64,000 nucleotides of DNA from Bacteroidia bacterium (GCA_023262505.1 JALRAP010000002.1:415-64414); one strand, 5' to 3'. Positions 39,022-48,661 are shown, counted from the first letter of the stretch. Translations and numbers: made by a program. The notes: generated from the sequence alone by a model not told the origin.

Positions 39022-39834
39022 TTACTCTTTGATTCCATCCATGATGTCTTGACTAACCCCGGTATATGAATATCCTCCATCATGAAACAGGTTTTGCATG
39101 GTAACCATTCTGGTAAGATCGGAGAACATGGAAATACAATAATCGGCACAACTTTCAGCGGATGCATTTCCAAGGGGCGACATGCGATCGGCAAAAGTGA
39201 AAAATCCGTCGAAACCCTTTACTCCACTACCTGCTGTGGTTCGAGTAGGTGATTGGGAGATGGTGTTAACTCGAACTTTTTTGGCTTTGCCGTAGTGGTA
39301 GCCGAAGGAACGAGTGATGGATTCCAACAATGCCTTGGCATCCGCCATATCATTGTAATCAGGAAAAACTCGCTGTGCTGCAATATATGTAAGTGCTACT
39401 ACACTACCCCACTCGTTAATTGCATCCAGCTTCATGGATGTACGCAATACACGATGCAAAGACATGGCAGAGATATCGAGAGTTTTGTGATAGAAATCGT
39501 AATTCGTATCTGTGTATGCAATGCTCTTTCTGACGTTGGGCGACATTCCTATGGAATGAAGAACGAAATCAACCTTACCACCCAAAATTTCCATGGATGA
39601 GATAAACAGTTTTTCCAAATCCTCATTCACTGTGGCATCAGCAGGGATTACTTGGGATCCTGTTGCTTGAGCCAGCTCATTAATGGCACCTAGGCGCATA
39701 GCCACTGGCGCATTAGTAAGTGTGAATTGGGCCCCTTCCTCATGTGCACGCATGGCAACTTTCCAAGCAATAGAATTCGGATCCAAAGCGCCGAAAATAA
39801 TTCCCTTTTTTCCTTTAAGCAGTCCGTTTGACAT
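39022..39834 (-). CDS. fabI: Enoyl-[acyl-carrier-protein] reductase (NADH), FabI
   Basis: 270 aa. The N-terminus MSNGLLKGKKGIIFGALDPNSIAWKVA is a FabI-type SDR dinucleotide-binding motif, and the catalytic Y-x6-K region is present. Confidence 0.85.
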   Translation of the reverse strand: MSNGLLKGKKGIIFGALDPNSIAWKVAMRAHEEGAQFTLTNAPVAMRLGAINELAQATGSQVIPADATVNEDLEKLFISSMEILGGKVDFVLHSIGMSPNVRKSIAYTDTNYDFYHKTLDISAMSLHRVLRTSMKLDAINEWGSVVALTYIAAQRVFPDYNDMADAKALLESITRSFGYHYGKAKKVRVNTISQSPTRTTAGSGVKGFDGFFTFADRMSPLGNASAESCADYCISMFSDLTRMVTMQNLFHDGGYSYTGVSQDIMDGIKE

Positions 39835-39909
39835 ATGGATAGATATTTAAATGAGTCGCAAAATTACACTAATTACTTTTAAGGCTCAATGTATTGAATT
39901 ACAATACGT

Positions 39910-41577
39910 TCAAGAACTTGAAGCCAACAATTCACGAGCGTTTGCGCGAGCGGCTTCGGTCAAAACCTCTCCACTAAGCATCCTGGCCAGTTCATCGATT
40001 CGCTGTGCTTTGGAGAGGCGTACCACCTGCGTCAGCGTTTTTCCAGAAACCACTTTCTTGGAAACAAAGAAATGATCGCTTCCATGCGCGGCCATCTGTG
40101 GCAAATGCGTAATCACCACAACTTGTCTGCCTTGGGACATTTGACTGATTACCGTACCGATTTTATGAGCGGTTTCACCCGAAACGCCGGTATCTATCTC
40201 ATCGAAAATCAGTGTAGGAAGTCCTGCTTTTTCTGCCAATAAGGATTTGATGCAAAGCATCAGACGAGAAAGCTCGCCACCAGACGCTACTTTGTCGAGT
40301 GGTTTTAGTGATGAGCCCTTGTTGGCACTGAAAAGAAATTCTATCCGGTCGCCTCCGTTCTCGCGGAAAACACCATCAGGCAATGGCTGCAGTTCGATAT
40401 CGAATTGGGCGTTAATTAAACCAACATCTTTCAGCAAATCACCAACTTTTTTCTTAATACCTGCGATTGATTTGATTCGCATTTTACGGATATCAGCCGC
40501 CAGTACGGAAATTTGATCCTGAAGCTTTTTGGTATTCGACTCGAGTGATTTAATACGAAGAATCAAGTTTTCATTTCCAACAAAGGAATCCGTTAACTTA
40601 TCTTTGATTTCAACTAGCTGGTCAACACTTTCAACTCGGTGTTTTCGAAGCAAACGATTAAGCAAGTCTGTTCGATCGTTGATTTGAGCCAACCGCTCTG
40701 AATCCAGATTGATAGACTCAACTCCACGCTCCATATCTGAAGCGAGGTCTTTTAATTCTATTTGAACCGATTTTAGTCTGGTTATCCATTCTTTGACAAA
40801 CGGGTAAACAGAGGAAAGTGAAGATAGGTTATTGATGTTTTTTAAAATAGCGCCCTGTATGTCGAAAGGTTCTGTCTGCAAGCTATCTAAAGCCGCTGCC
40901 ACTGCTGATTGCAAGCCCTCAGCCCCTTCCAGCATTTGCTGCTCTGATTCGAGATTTTCCAATTCTCCAATTTTAGGATCAGCGAACTCCAGCTCGTCCA
41001 ACAAAAAGCGATTAAAATCGCTTTCCGATTCCAACCTGGAACTTTCCTTTTTCAACTCTTCCAATTCAACTATGGCCTTTTTATGATCCATGAAAATGGC
41101 AGCAATTTTTTTCACTTGCGAGGAGCAACCAGCCAGAGAGTCCACTACATGCAATTGAAATTCCGAGTTGTTTATTGTCAGGGTCTCGTGCTGTGAGTGG
41201 ATGTCAATCAATCGGGATCCCATTTCCTTCAGCGTGGTAACATTAACGGGCGTATCGTTGACGAAGGCTCTAGATTTTCCCTCCGTTGATACCTCTCTCC
41301 TGATCGTCGTTATTTCTTCGTAATCCAGATCATGGGCGTCGAAAAAGGATTTCATATCATACCCTTTCAAGTTGAAATCTGCCTCGATCACGCACTTTTT
41401 ACCGGAATCAGATAAAGCATTGCTATCGGATCTAGCACCTAAAATCAACGAAAGGGCACCTAGCAGAATGGATTTACCTGCACCTGTTTCACCTGTAATA
41501 ACGGTCATACCGCTTTGGGGATCCAAGGTCAGGTCGTCTATTAAAGCATAATTGGAAATATGAAGCCTGGTAAGCAT
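39910..41577 (-). CDS. recN: DNA repair protein RecN
   Basis: 555 aa. The N-terminus MLTRLHISNYALIDDLTLDPQSGMTVITGETGAGKSILLGAL is the canonical RecN Walker A region. There is a long coiled-coil and a C-terminal signature/Walker B (LSGGELSRLMLCIK..LIFDEIDTGVSG). Confidence 0.9.
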   Translation of the reverse strand: MLTRLHISNYALIDDLTLDPQSGMTVITGETGAGKSILLGALSLILGARSDSNALSDSGKKCVIEADFNLKGYDMKSFFDAHDLDYEEITTIRREVSTEGKSRAFVNDTPVNVTTLKEMGSRLIDIHSQHETLTINNSEFQLHVVDSLAGCSSQVKKIAAIFMDHKKAIVELEELKKESSRLESESDFNRFLLDELEFADPKIGELENLESEQQMLEGAEGLQSAVAAALDSLQTEPFDIQGAILKNINNLSSLSSVYPFVKEWITRLKSVQIELKDLASDMERGVESINLDSERLAQINDRTDLLNRLLRKHRVESVDQLVEIKDKLTDSFVGNENLILRIKSLESNTKKLQDQISVLAADIRKMRIKSIAGIKKKVGDLLKDVGLINAQFDIELQPLPDGVFRENGGDRIEFLFSANKGSSLKPLDKVASGGELSRLMLCIKSLLAEKAGLPTLIFDEIDTGVSGETAHKIGTVISQMSQGRQVVVITHLPQMAAHGSDHFFVSKKVVSGKTLTQVVRLSKAQRIDELARMLSGEVLTEAARANARELLASSS

Positions 41578-41602
41578 ATGAAAGCAGGTTTCGTGTGTAG
41601 AT

Positions 41603-42505
41603 TTATTTTTTGTTCAATATACCTTGATATTTGGTACCGTTGGCGGGATCGAATTCGCTAAGGGTATTGATCATCCTGGTTTTGGTTTCGGGGAAAGCAC
41701 CTCCGAAGACGTTAACAATTTCGTCCGATTTGGCGAAGAAAAGCGATTGCATTAAATAATTCCCTGGCTTATCATTGAACACAGGTCTGAGTCCTTCGAT
41801 AGACTCAGCTATGGCATTGATTGCATCATCTTTCTTATCGGACAAAATATCCATTCCCTTACGATGATATTCATAAAGCAATGTACGTACCGGTCTATAG
41901 ACCGGATTGTTTAGGTTTTCAGCTAGCCAATAACGGTTACGGCTTCCTTCGAAAGCACGCCAACCCTTTTCAGGACTATTTTGCATATTGGAGACAATTG
42001 ACTGGGCTTTTTGAAAGTAGGCCGATCCACCCAAAGATGAAAAAGAGTCATAGTCCATTCCTATGATGATATATGCATAATAAGCCAAAACAGCTACAAG
42101 GTTCGGATTTGTGGCGCTTTCATTGAATTCCAAAGTTTGAAACTCTATATAACGGAACTGAAGGTTTTCATCATTCAAGGAAATGATCGGAGAATAATAT
42201 GAAGTTTTGTATACCGGCCTCCTTGATTGAATTTGAATCGTGGCTTTGAACTCGTCTGATGACACTCGCTCGGTAACATTGATTTGAATGCTGCACTCTA
42301 TGCGTTCTTGGTTAGAGAACTGATCGTTGGTCCAACGGGTGTTGTTCATGAATTCATAGATGGCCGTTTGCAAGGTGGTAAACACTTTCTTATCGCTACT
42401 TTGGATTTGAGGCGATAACACAGACACATTGCAGTTTAGCTCTTGACCCGAGGCGGCAAAAGCTGCCAGCATGGAAAGCGTTATAAAGGAAAAGATTTTT
42501 TTCAT
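41603..42505 (-). CDS. Secreted conserved hypothetical protein (DUF4835-like), part of the conserved bamD-rpoZ-coaBC-DUFx-recN block
   Basis: 300 aa. Signal peptide MKKIFSFITLSMLAAFAASGQ. No catalytic motifs. Its start overlaps the coaBC stop by 4 bp. The DUF4835 assignment rests on the conserved gene order remembered from Flavobacteriia and is unverified. Confidence 0.5.
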   Translation of the reverse strand: MKKIFSFITLSMLAAFAASGQELNCNVSVLSPQIQSSDKKVFTTLQTAIYEFMNNTRWTNDQFSNQERIECSIQINVTERVSSDEFKATIQIQSRRPVYKTSYYSPIISLNDENLQFRYIEFQTLEFNESATNPNLVAVLAYYAYIIIGMDYDSFSSLGGSAYFQKAQSIVSNMQNSPEKGWRAFEGSRNRYWLAENLNNPVYRPVRTLLYEYHRKGMDILSDKKDDAINAIAESIEGLRPVFNDKPGNYLMQSLFFAKSDEIVNVFGGAFPETKTRMINTLSEFDPANGTKYQGILNKK

Positions 42506-43716
42506 TTTGCCATTTTGGATGTGATGAAACTGACCAATTCATCGGCAACCGATTTCTTCGATTGCAATGGTAAAGGCAATATTTCACCGCTTTTGGAGAT
42601 CATTGTTACTTTATTTGTGTCGGTTCCAAAACCAGCACCTGCATCACGTAGCGAATTTAATATAATAAGGTCAAGGTTTTTGTTTTGCAGCTTTTGCTTT
42701 GCGTTGGCTTCTTCATTGTCGGTCTCCAATGCAAAACCTACCAAATATTGACCTTGGCCTTTATGTCTTCCCATTTCGGCCAATATATCAGCAGTAGGCT
42801 TAAACTCTACCTTTGTTAATGCCTCCTTACCGCTTTCTTTCTTCAGTTTATTTGAAGCTGGATTGGATGGCGAATAATCAGCGACAGCAGCAGCCATAAT
42901 TGATAAATCAGCTTTTGGGAAAAGCTCCATACATGTTGCATGCATTTGGGAGGCAGTTACAACATTGTGTCTTGTAATACCATGGTTGACCGGTTCTGAA
43001 ACCCCGGGTCCACAAACCAAGTCTACTGCACATCCTCTAGCAAGCAATTCATTAGCAATGGCCACTCCCATTTTTCCGGTCGAGCTGTTTGAAACATATC
43101 GAACGGCATCAATGGCCTCCCTGGTTGGGCCAGCAGAAACAAGTGCCCGTTTTCCACTCAAGCTATTTCTATACTTTAGATAATTTACTATACAGTCATA
43201 TATATCAACTGGTTCCGTAAGCCTACCCTGCCCAGTTAAGCCACTAGCCAATGATCCGTATTCAGGACCAATGATATGGCAGCCTGCCTTCTTGAGCTTA
43301 TTCAAATTAGCTTGAGTTGCTGCATGTTGGTACATGTCGTGGTCCATGGCAGGTGCTACAAAAACGGGACATCTTGCAGATAAGTATGTTGCGGCAAGCA
43401 AATCCTCACAATATCCGGAGGCTAGTTTTGCAGCAGTGTGGGCTGACAAGGGTGCTATCAGCATCAAATCAGCCCATAATCCAAGTTCTACGTGGTTGTT
43501 CCACCACCCTGATTCAGGATCATTGAATCTTGTTAAAACGGGTTTGCCTGATAGTGTAGAAAGCGTCAAAGGGGTTATGAAATCCCTGGCAGCCGATGTC
43601 ATAACAACCTGGACTTCAGCTCCATTCTTAGAAAAAAGTCGTACAATATCTGCAGCCTTATAGGCCGATATACTACCGGAAACCCCGAAAAGGATTTTGG
43701 TTCCGGATAAATTCAT
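42502..43716 (-). CDS. coaBC: Bifunctional phosphopantothenoylcysteine decarboxylase / phosphopantothenate-cysteine ligase
   Basis: 404 aa. The N-terminal flavoprotein domain reads KILFGVSGSISAYKA. The C-terminal DFP/CoaB domain reads GPTREAIDAVRYVSNSSTGKMG. Confidence 0.9.
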   Translation of the reverse strand: MNLSGTKILFGVSGSISAYKAADIVRLFSKNGAEVQVVMTSAARDFITPLTLSTLSGKPVLTRFNDPESGWWNNHVELGLWADLMLIAPLSAHTAAKLASGYCEDLLAATYLSARCPVFVAPAMDHDMYQHAATQANLNKLKKAGCHIIGPEYGSLASGLTGQGRLTEPVDIYDCIVNYLKYRNSLSGKRALVSAGPTREAIDAVRYVSNSSTGKMGVAIANELLARGCAVDLVCGPGVSEPVNHGITRHNVVTASQMHATCMELFPKADLSIMAAAVADYSPSNPASNKLKKESGKEALTKVEFKPTADILAEMGRHKGQGQYLVGFALETDNEEANAKQKLQNKNLDLIILNSLRDAGAGFGTDTNKVTMISKSGEILPLPLQSKKSVADELVSFITSKMAK

Positions 43717-43728
43717 TGTTGGAATGAA

Positions 43729-44046
43729 TTACTGTTCGCGGGAAGGGTTACGGTGGTAAATCTTACCATCCAAATACTCCTGCAAGGCAATTAATGTAGG
43801 TTTTGGCAGACGCTCGTAAAACTTGGAAATTTCAATCTGCTCCCTATTTTCAAACACCTCCTCTAAATTGTCGGTGCTGCTTGTAAACTCAGAAAGTTTG
43901 GTATGTAATTCGTCTTTCATTTCAGAGGCTATGTGATTGGCTCTCTTACCGATAACCACCAATGACTCGTATATGTTTCCAGTGCCTTTTTCATACTTGA
44001 TTAGGTCACGGGTTACGGTTGTGGTGGCGGCGTTTTTGTAGGACAT
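43729..44046 (-). CDS. rpoZ: DNA-directed RNA polymerase subunit omega (Bacteroidota-type)
   Basis: 105 aa. The core NIYESLVVIGKRANHIASEMKDEL resembles the omega helical motif (conserved ..R.. in the KRA-- helix). Its position between coaBC and bamD matches the conserved Bacteroidota order as recalled from memory. Confidence 0.6.
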   Translation of the reverse strand: MSYKNAATTTVTRDLIKYEKGTGNIYESLVVIGKRANHIASEMKDELHTKLSEFTSSTDNLEEVFENREQIEISKFYERLPKPTLIALQEYLDGKIYHRNPSREQ

Positions 44047-44095
44047 GGTATACCTTATTATTATATATAACGCAAAAGTAATAAATTTTGGCGAA

Positions 44096-44902
44096 TTAAG
44101 ATACCCCTAGCTTTTGGAGGCGAGACTTTGATCTTTCATAAACATCTTCGGCCTCTTGCAAAAATCTACCGGTCGGGTAAGCGTCTATCAATTTGATGTA
44201 ATTCTCCATGGCAATCTTGTAGCGTTCGGCTTGCCTGGATGATATGCTATTGACAGCGTACTCGTAAGAAGAGACCAATACATAATATAGGCACTCCTCT
44301 TTATATGTAGTTGCAGGGTATGATTTGATGACGTTTTGAAAAGCAATCATGGCCGATTTGTATTGCTCGCGCTTGAAGTAGAGCATTGCATTATTAAAAT
44401 CCTTGAGTTCAAGTTTTGCACGAAGCTCGTCTATTAGCTTGTTGGACTCAGCGACCTTTTCGCTTTTTGGAAAACGGTTGATGAAAAGCTGAAACTGTCG
44501 AATTGCATCCAAAGTGTTTTTTTGATCAAGAGATGACACCGGAGAATCCAAGTAGTAGCAATAGGCATTTAAAAAGAGTGCTTCTTCAGCTTTTGATGAA
44601 TTCGGAAAGGTTTGACTGAAATTGTTGAAATGGTATGCAGCGATGGTGAAATCACTGGTAAGGTAGTAACACATGCAATAGTAATAATAGGTGTCTTCTG
44701 CCTTAACTGTTCCGCGAAACACGGTAACCAACTCTTCAAACAACTGCAAGGCCTGGTAATAATTCTTCTTCTCATAGTATTCAACGGCCGCTTTGTATTT
44801 GGCTTCCATGTCTTGACTCTTCTGGATTTTAGAAAACTTGCTGCAAGACGCAATTGAAAGAGCAGTTAATGCCACCAATAATAACTTTCCGATTTTTTTC
44901 AT
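44096..44902 (-). CDS. bamD: Outer membrane protein assembly factor BamD (TPR lipoprotein)
   Basis: 268 aa. Lipoprotein signal MKKIGKLLLVALTALSIASC. The YKAAVEYYEKKNYYQALQLFEEL TPR motif is typical of the BamD N-terminus. Its synteny with rpoZ-coaBC supports the call. Confidence 0.7.
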   Translation of the reverse strand: MKKIGKLLLVALTALSIASCSKFSKIQKSQDMEAKYKAAVEYYEKKNYYQALQLFEELVTVFRGTVKAEDTYYYYCMCYYLTSDFTIAAYHFNNFSQTFPNSSKAEEALFLNAYCYYLDSPVSSLDQKNTLDAIRQFQLFINRFPKSEKVAESNKLIDELRAKLELKDFNNAMLYFKREQYKSAMIAFQNVIKSYPATTYKEECLYYVLVSSYEYAVNSISSRQAERYKIAMENYIKLIDAYPTGRFLQEAEDVYERSKSRLQKLGVS

Positions 44903-45093
44903 GATTACACAAAGTTACCAATTCCCAATTCAAAAAACATTTCATCCCATGTACGATTGCCAAAGACTGAACTTTGTTTTCGCAAACACGTCATTAACAA
45001 ATCGTTGTTGAAAACATTGTGGGGCTGTAGGTTTTGCGTGTAAAATTCCTGCCGACCTTTCGCCTCAAATTCGCAAACAATAATCATCTGTTG

Positions 45094-46344
45094 ATGACAG
45101 ATTTATTTGATAAGCTTCTGAAGAACCGCGGTCCGTTAGGGATGCACTCGAAAGAGTCCTATGGTTACTTCATGTTTCCAAAGCTAGAGGGTGAGATCTC
45201 CAACCGCATGGTATTTCGTGGGAAAGAGAAATTGGTCTGGAGCTTGAATAACTATTTAGGATTAGCCAACCACCCGGAAGTAAGAGCTACTGATGCCAAT
45301 GCCGCTGGAGAATTCGGATTTGCTTTACCTATGGGCGCTCGCATGATGTCTGGAAACAGCGACCATCACGAAAAACTTGAAAAAGATTTAGCGTCCTTTG
45401 AAGGAAAGGACGCTTCTATATTATTGAATTACGGATATCAAGGTATGGTGAGTGCCATCGATTGTTTGGTGGATCGCCATGATGTGATCGTATACGATTC
45501 CGAATCCCACGCTTGCATTATAGATGGGGTTAGACTTCATATGGGGAAACGATTTGTATATCCGCACAACGATATTGAAAACTTAGAAAAACAATTAACC
45601 CGAGCTACAAAGATCGCTAACGAAACTGGTGGCGCCATTCTAGTAATTACAGAAGGTGTCTTTGGCATGTCTGGTGATCAAGGAAAGCTCAGGGAAATAG
45701 TTGAATTGAAAAAGAAATTCTCTTTCCGACTCTTTGTTGACGATGCTCATGGTTTTGGAACAATGGGTAAGACAGGTGCTGGAACAGGAGAAGAACAGGG
45801 CGTTCAAGATGGAATAGATATCTATTTCGGGACATTTGCTAAGTCAATGGCTATGATTGGTGGTTTCATTGCCAGCGATGATCAGGTAGTAGATTATCTG
45901 CGTCATAATATGCGCTCTCAAATTTTCGCCAAATCACTGCCAATGGCTTTGGTGGTTGGTGCACAAAAAAGGCTTGACTTGTTAAAATCTAAGCCTGAAC
46001 TCAAAGACAATCTTTGGAAAATCGTAAATGCCCTTCAATCCGGTCTTAAAAATGCTGGATTTGAAATCGGAAAAACCCAGTCACCGGTGACTCCCGTTTA
46101 CCTTAACGGTTCAATACCCGAGGCAACCAATTTGATAATCGACTTAAGGGAAAACTACGATATATTCTGTTCCATGGTAGTGTATCCTGTGGTACCAAAA
46201 GGAATCATCATCCTACGTTTGATACCCACCGCCGTTCACACATTGGAAGATGTGAATTATACGATCGATGCATTCAGCAAAATCTACGGTAAATTGAAAT
46301 CTGGACTATACCAATCCGATAGAATCATACCTGTAGCAAACTAA
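45094..46344 (+). CDS. spt: Alpha-oxoamine synthase family PLP enzyme, serine palmitoyltransferase-like (Bacteroidota sphingolipid Spt)
   Basis: ATG at 45094 gives MTDLFDKLL; the track start at 45034 adds an unlikely 20-aa leader. The motif Y.YF...LEG (SYGYFMFPKLEG) matches my recollection of the Bacteroides Spt N-terminus (YPYFREIEG). The PLP-Lys segment FGTFAKSMAMIGGFIASDDQVVDYLRHNMRSQIF is close to the Bacteroides Spt GTFSKSLASIGGFIAAD..WLRHNARTYIF. A Kbl/BioF assignment is not excluded. Confidence 0.6.
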   Translation: MTDLFDKLLKNRGPLGMHSKESYGYFMFPKLEGEISNRMVFRGKEKLVWSLNNYLGLANHPEVRATDANAAGEFGFALPMGARMMSGNSDHHEKLEKDLASFEGKDASILLNYGYQGMVSAIDCLVDRHDVIVYDSESHACIIDGVRLHMGKRFVYPHNDIENLEKQLTRATKIANETGGAILVITEGVFGMSGDQGKLREIVELKKKFSFRLFVDDAHGFGTMGKTGAGTGEEQGVQDGIDIYFGTFAKSMAMIGGFIASDDQVVDYLRHNMRSQIFAKSLPMALVVGAQKRLDLLKSKPELKDNLWKIVNALQSGLKNAGFEIGKTQSPVTPVYLNGSIPEATNLIIDLRENYDIFCSMVVYPVVPKGIIILRLIPTAVHTLEDVNYTIDAFSKIYGKLKSGLYQSDRIIPVAN

Positions 46345-46413
46345 AAATGTAACCAAAGAGCTTAAAATACAGTATTAGTGCATTAACCAAATAAATTTAA
46401 CCAAAACAAAATC

Positions 46414-46599
46414 ATGATGAAAACAAGTTCTGTTTCGGTTGCCGCTAAGAAAGCTGCCCCGAAGAAAAAGGCTGCCGCCAAGAAAAAGGCTGCTCCTAAA
46501 AAGAAGGCTGCTGCCAAGAAAAAGGCTGCTCCTAAGAAGAAAGCTGCTCCTAAGAAGAAAGCCGCTCCTAAGAAGAAGGCTGCCGCTAAAAAGAAGTAA
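46414..46599 (+). CDS. Histone H1-like lysine/alanine-repeat basic protein
   Basis: 61 aa: MMKTSSVSVAAKKAAPKKKAAAKKKAAPKKKAAAKKKAAPKKKAAPKKKAAPKKKAAAKKK. It has an ATG start and is followed by a strong terminator. The +1 frame (46439..46654) is open only because of the repeat periodicity. Confidence 0.6.
   Translation: MMKTSSVSVAAKKAAPKKKAAAKKKAAPKKKAAAKKKAAPKKKAAPKKKAAPKKKAAAKKK
46441..46596 (+). repeat. About 8.5 tandem copies of an 18-bp coding repeat (AAG AAA AAG GCT GCY SCN; KKKAAP/A)
   Basis: The 18-nt periodicity is directly visible in the sequence, inside the histone-like ORF. Confidence 0.85.
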
Positions 46600-46616
46600 T
46601 TCTACACTTCTTATAA

Positions 46617-46648
46617 GAAAACCGCTCCTTGGGGCGGTTTTTTTTTTG
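46617..46648 (+). terminator. Rho-independent terminator downstream of the histone-like gene
   Basis: AAAACCGCTCC-ttgg-GGCGGTTTTTTTTTTG: a GC stem followed by a T10 run. Confidence 0.65.
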
Positions 46649-46714
46649 CTCTAAATTGTTCCTCTTCGTACATATCTTTGAATTAATTTAGATTAATACC
46701 GGGTACGATTGAAA

Positions 46715-48613
46715 ATGCAGCAACCAATAGAGATTCTAAAGAAATACTGGGGTTACGACCGTTTCCGGCCGCTGCAAGAGGATATCATACTGTCTATCAT
46801 GAATGGTCAAGATACCCTTGCCCTACTACCTACCGGTGGTGGAAAATCCATTTGCTTCCAGGTTCCGGCGCTTTGTTTGGATGGACTTTGCGTGGTCATT
46901 TCTCCTTTGATAGCCCTAATGAAAGACCAAGTCGAGAACATGCGAAGAGTTGGTATAAAAGCAACAGCCATATACTCAGGCATGCAATTAGATGAGATCG
47001 ACCACACATTGGATAGTTGCCTATACGGAGGCTACAAATTTCTGTATTTGTCTCCCGAGCGTCTCTTATCCGAAAAAGTAATGAACCGAATTGGCCGAAT
47101 GCAATTATGTATGATTGCGGTTGACGAGGCGCATTGTATATCCCAATGGGGATACGATTTCAGGCCACCATACTTAGAAGTATCCCGCATCAGGGAGCTT
47201 CATCCAAATGTTCCGGTTTTGGCATTAACGGCATCTGCAACGCAAGACGTTCGTGACGACATTATGAGGCGCCTGGAGTTCAAGAAGCATGTTGTTTACC
47301 AAAAGTCGTTTGAAAGGAAAAATCTAACATATCTGGTAAATAAGCCAGAGGATAAAGCCGATCGAATGGTCAACCTGCTAAAGCAAATGAAAGGGTCGGC
47401 AATTGTATACGTCAGAAATCGAAAACGTACCCGTGAACTAGCCGAACTTTTGGATCGCGAAGGTATCAGTTCTACCTTTTACCATGCAGGATTGGCTTCT
47501 GCCATGCGATCGAATCGGCAAGATGAATGGAAATGCAACAAAGTCAGAGTCATGGTAAGTACGAATGCTTTTGGCATGGGTATCGACAAACCGGATGTAC
47601 AAGCGGTGATTCATATGGATTTACCGGATGATTTGGAATCCTACTACCAAGAAGCAGGCAGAGCGGGACGAAACGAGCAACCTGCGTTCGCTTTCTTATT
47701 GCATAATGACACAGACCTTGCCAATTTGAAGGGTAAAACGGTCATTAACTTCCCAGATACTGCAGAAATTAGAACCGTTTACAAATCAATTTGCAACTTT
47801 CTGCAAGTCCCAATCGGAGGGGGAATGGATGTGTCATATGATTTCGACCTAGCCAAATTCATAGACACATTCGACCTGCATCCGTTGAAAACAACCAGTG
47901 CGCTCAGGGTTTTGGAAAATGAAGGACTCATCAATATTTCGGAGGGTGTGTATCTTCCCTCTCGAATTCATTTCTCCACCAGCACTTCCGAGTTGTACCG
48001 ATTTCAGGTTGCAAATCCCCCTTACGACCGTATCATCAAATTTATTTTGAGAACCGCAGAAGGAGCGTTCGAGGATTTTGTGAAAATCAATGAATCCGAT
48101 ATTGCAGATCGAACCGGATATAATTTCCAGGAGGTGGTTCGGATGTTGGAATATATGAGCCGATTGGGATTGATGCGGTATTTACCCAGGAAGGATTCAC
48201 CCCAATTGGTATTCTGTATCCCGAGAGAAGATCCGAATTACATCGATTTGGACACCAAATCATATAATGAACGTAAAGCTCGTTTTGAAAAACGAATCGA
48301 GGCCATGTTGGCCTATGTATCAAACAAGACTAGGTGTCGCAGTTGTACACTTGTTTCATATTTCGGCGAAAGACCCAAAAACAATTGTGGCCAATGTGAT
48401 GTTTGTCGAAATCCTGAGGCTGCTGCCATCCAAATAGCAGAAATATCCAACAAATTGGCTGTTGCCCTAGCAGATGGACCTAAATCAATTCCACAACTCA
48501 AAGACCTTGTTCAAGGCTTTGCCGATGACTCATGGACTGTGGCTATCACTAAGTTTGTTGAGGACGGAAAAATGTCGTTTGATGAACATGGAAGGCTCTG
48601 TCTTATTCGATAG
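46715..48613 (+). CDS. recQ: ATP-dependent DNA helicase RecQ
   Basis: The ATG is at 46715 (MQQPIEILKKYWGYDRFRPLQEDII); the track start at 46709 is a TTG. Helicase motif I is LPTGGGKS and the DEAH box is VDEAHCISQWGYDFRP. The RecQ Zn-binding Cys cluster reads CRSCTLVSYFGE..CGQCDVC. Confidence 0.9.
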   Translation: MQQPIEILKKYWGYDRFRPLQEDIILSIMNGQDTLALLPTGGGKSICFQVPALCLDGLCVVISPLIALMKDQVENMRRVGIKATAIYSGMQLDEIDHTLDSCLYGGYKFLYLSPERLLSEKVMNRIGRMQLCMIAVDEAHCISQWGYDFRPPYLEVSRIRELHPNVPVLALTASATQDVRDDIMRRLEFKKHVVYQKSFERKNLTYLVNKPEDKADRMVNLLKQMKGSAIVYVRNRKRTRELAELLDREGISSTFYHAGLASAMRSNRQDEWKCNKVRVMVSTNAFGMGIDKPDVQAVIHMDLPDDLESYYQEAGRAGRNEQPAFAFLLHNDTDLANLKGKTVINFPDTAEIRTVYKSICNFLQVPIGGGMDVSYDFDLAKFIDTFDLHPLKTTSALRVLENEGLINISEGVYLPSRIHFSTSTSELYRFQVANPPYDRIIKFILRTAEGAFEDFVKINESDIADRTGYNFQEVVRMLEYMSRLGLMRYLPRKDSPQLVFCIPREDPNYIDLDTKSYNERKARFEKRIEAMLAYVSNKTRCRSCTLVSYFGERPKNNCGQCDVCRNPEAAAIQIAEISNKLAVALADGPKSIPQLKDLVQGFADDSWTVAITKFVEDGKMSFDEHGRLCLIR

Positions 48614-48661
48614 GACACATTAATCGCATTTGATTAAACACCAAATCCCTATTTTTACCCT

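Noticed and set aside
46441-46596. Possible CRISPR-like or microsatellite array (regular 18-bp repeats)
   Set aside because: The repeats are contiguous with no spacers, sit inside a coding frame producing KKKAAP units, and there are no cas genes. This is a coding tandem repeat, not CRISPR.
46439-46654. 71-aa Arg/Leu-rich ORF in the +1 frame of the KA-repeat gene
   Set aside because: Its open frame is a consequence of the 18-bp repeat periodicity. The in-frame Lys/Ala protein has an ATG start and a terminator and is the plausible product.
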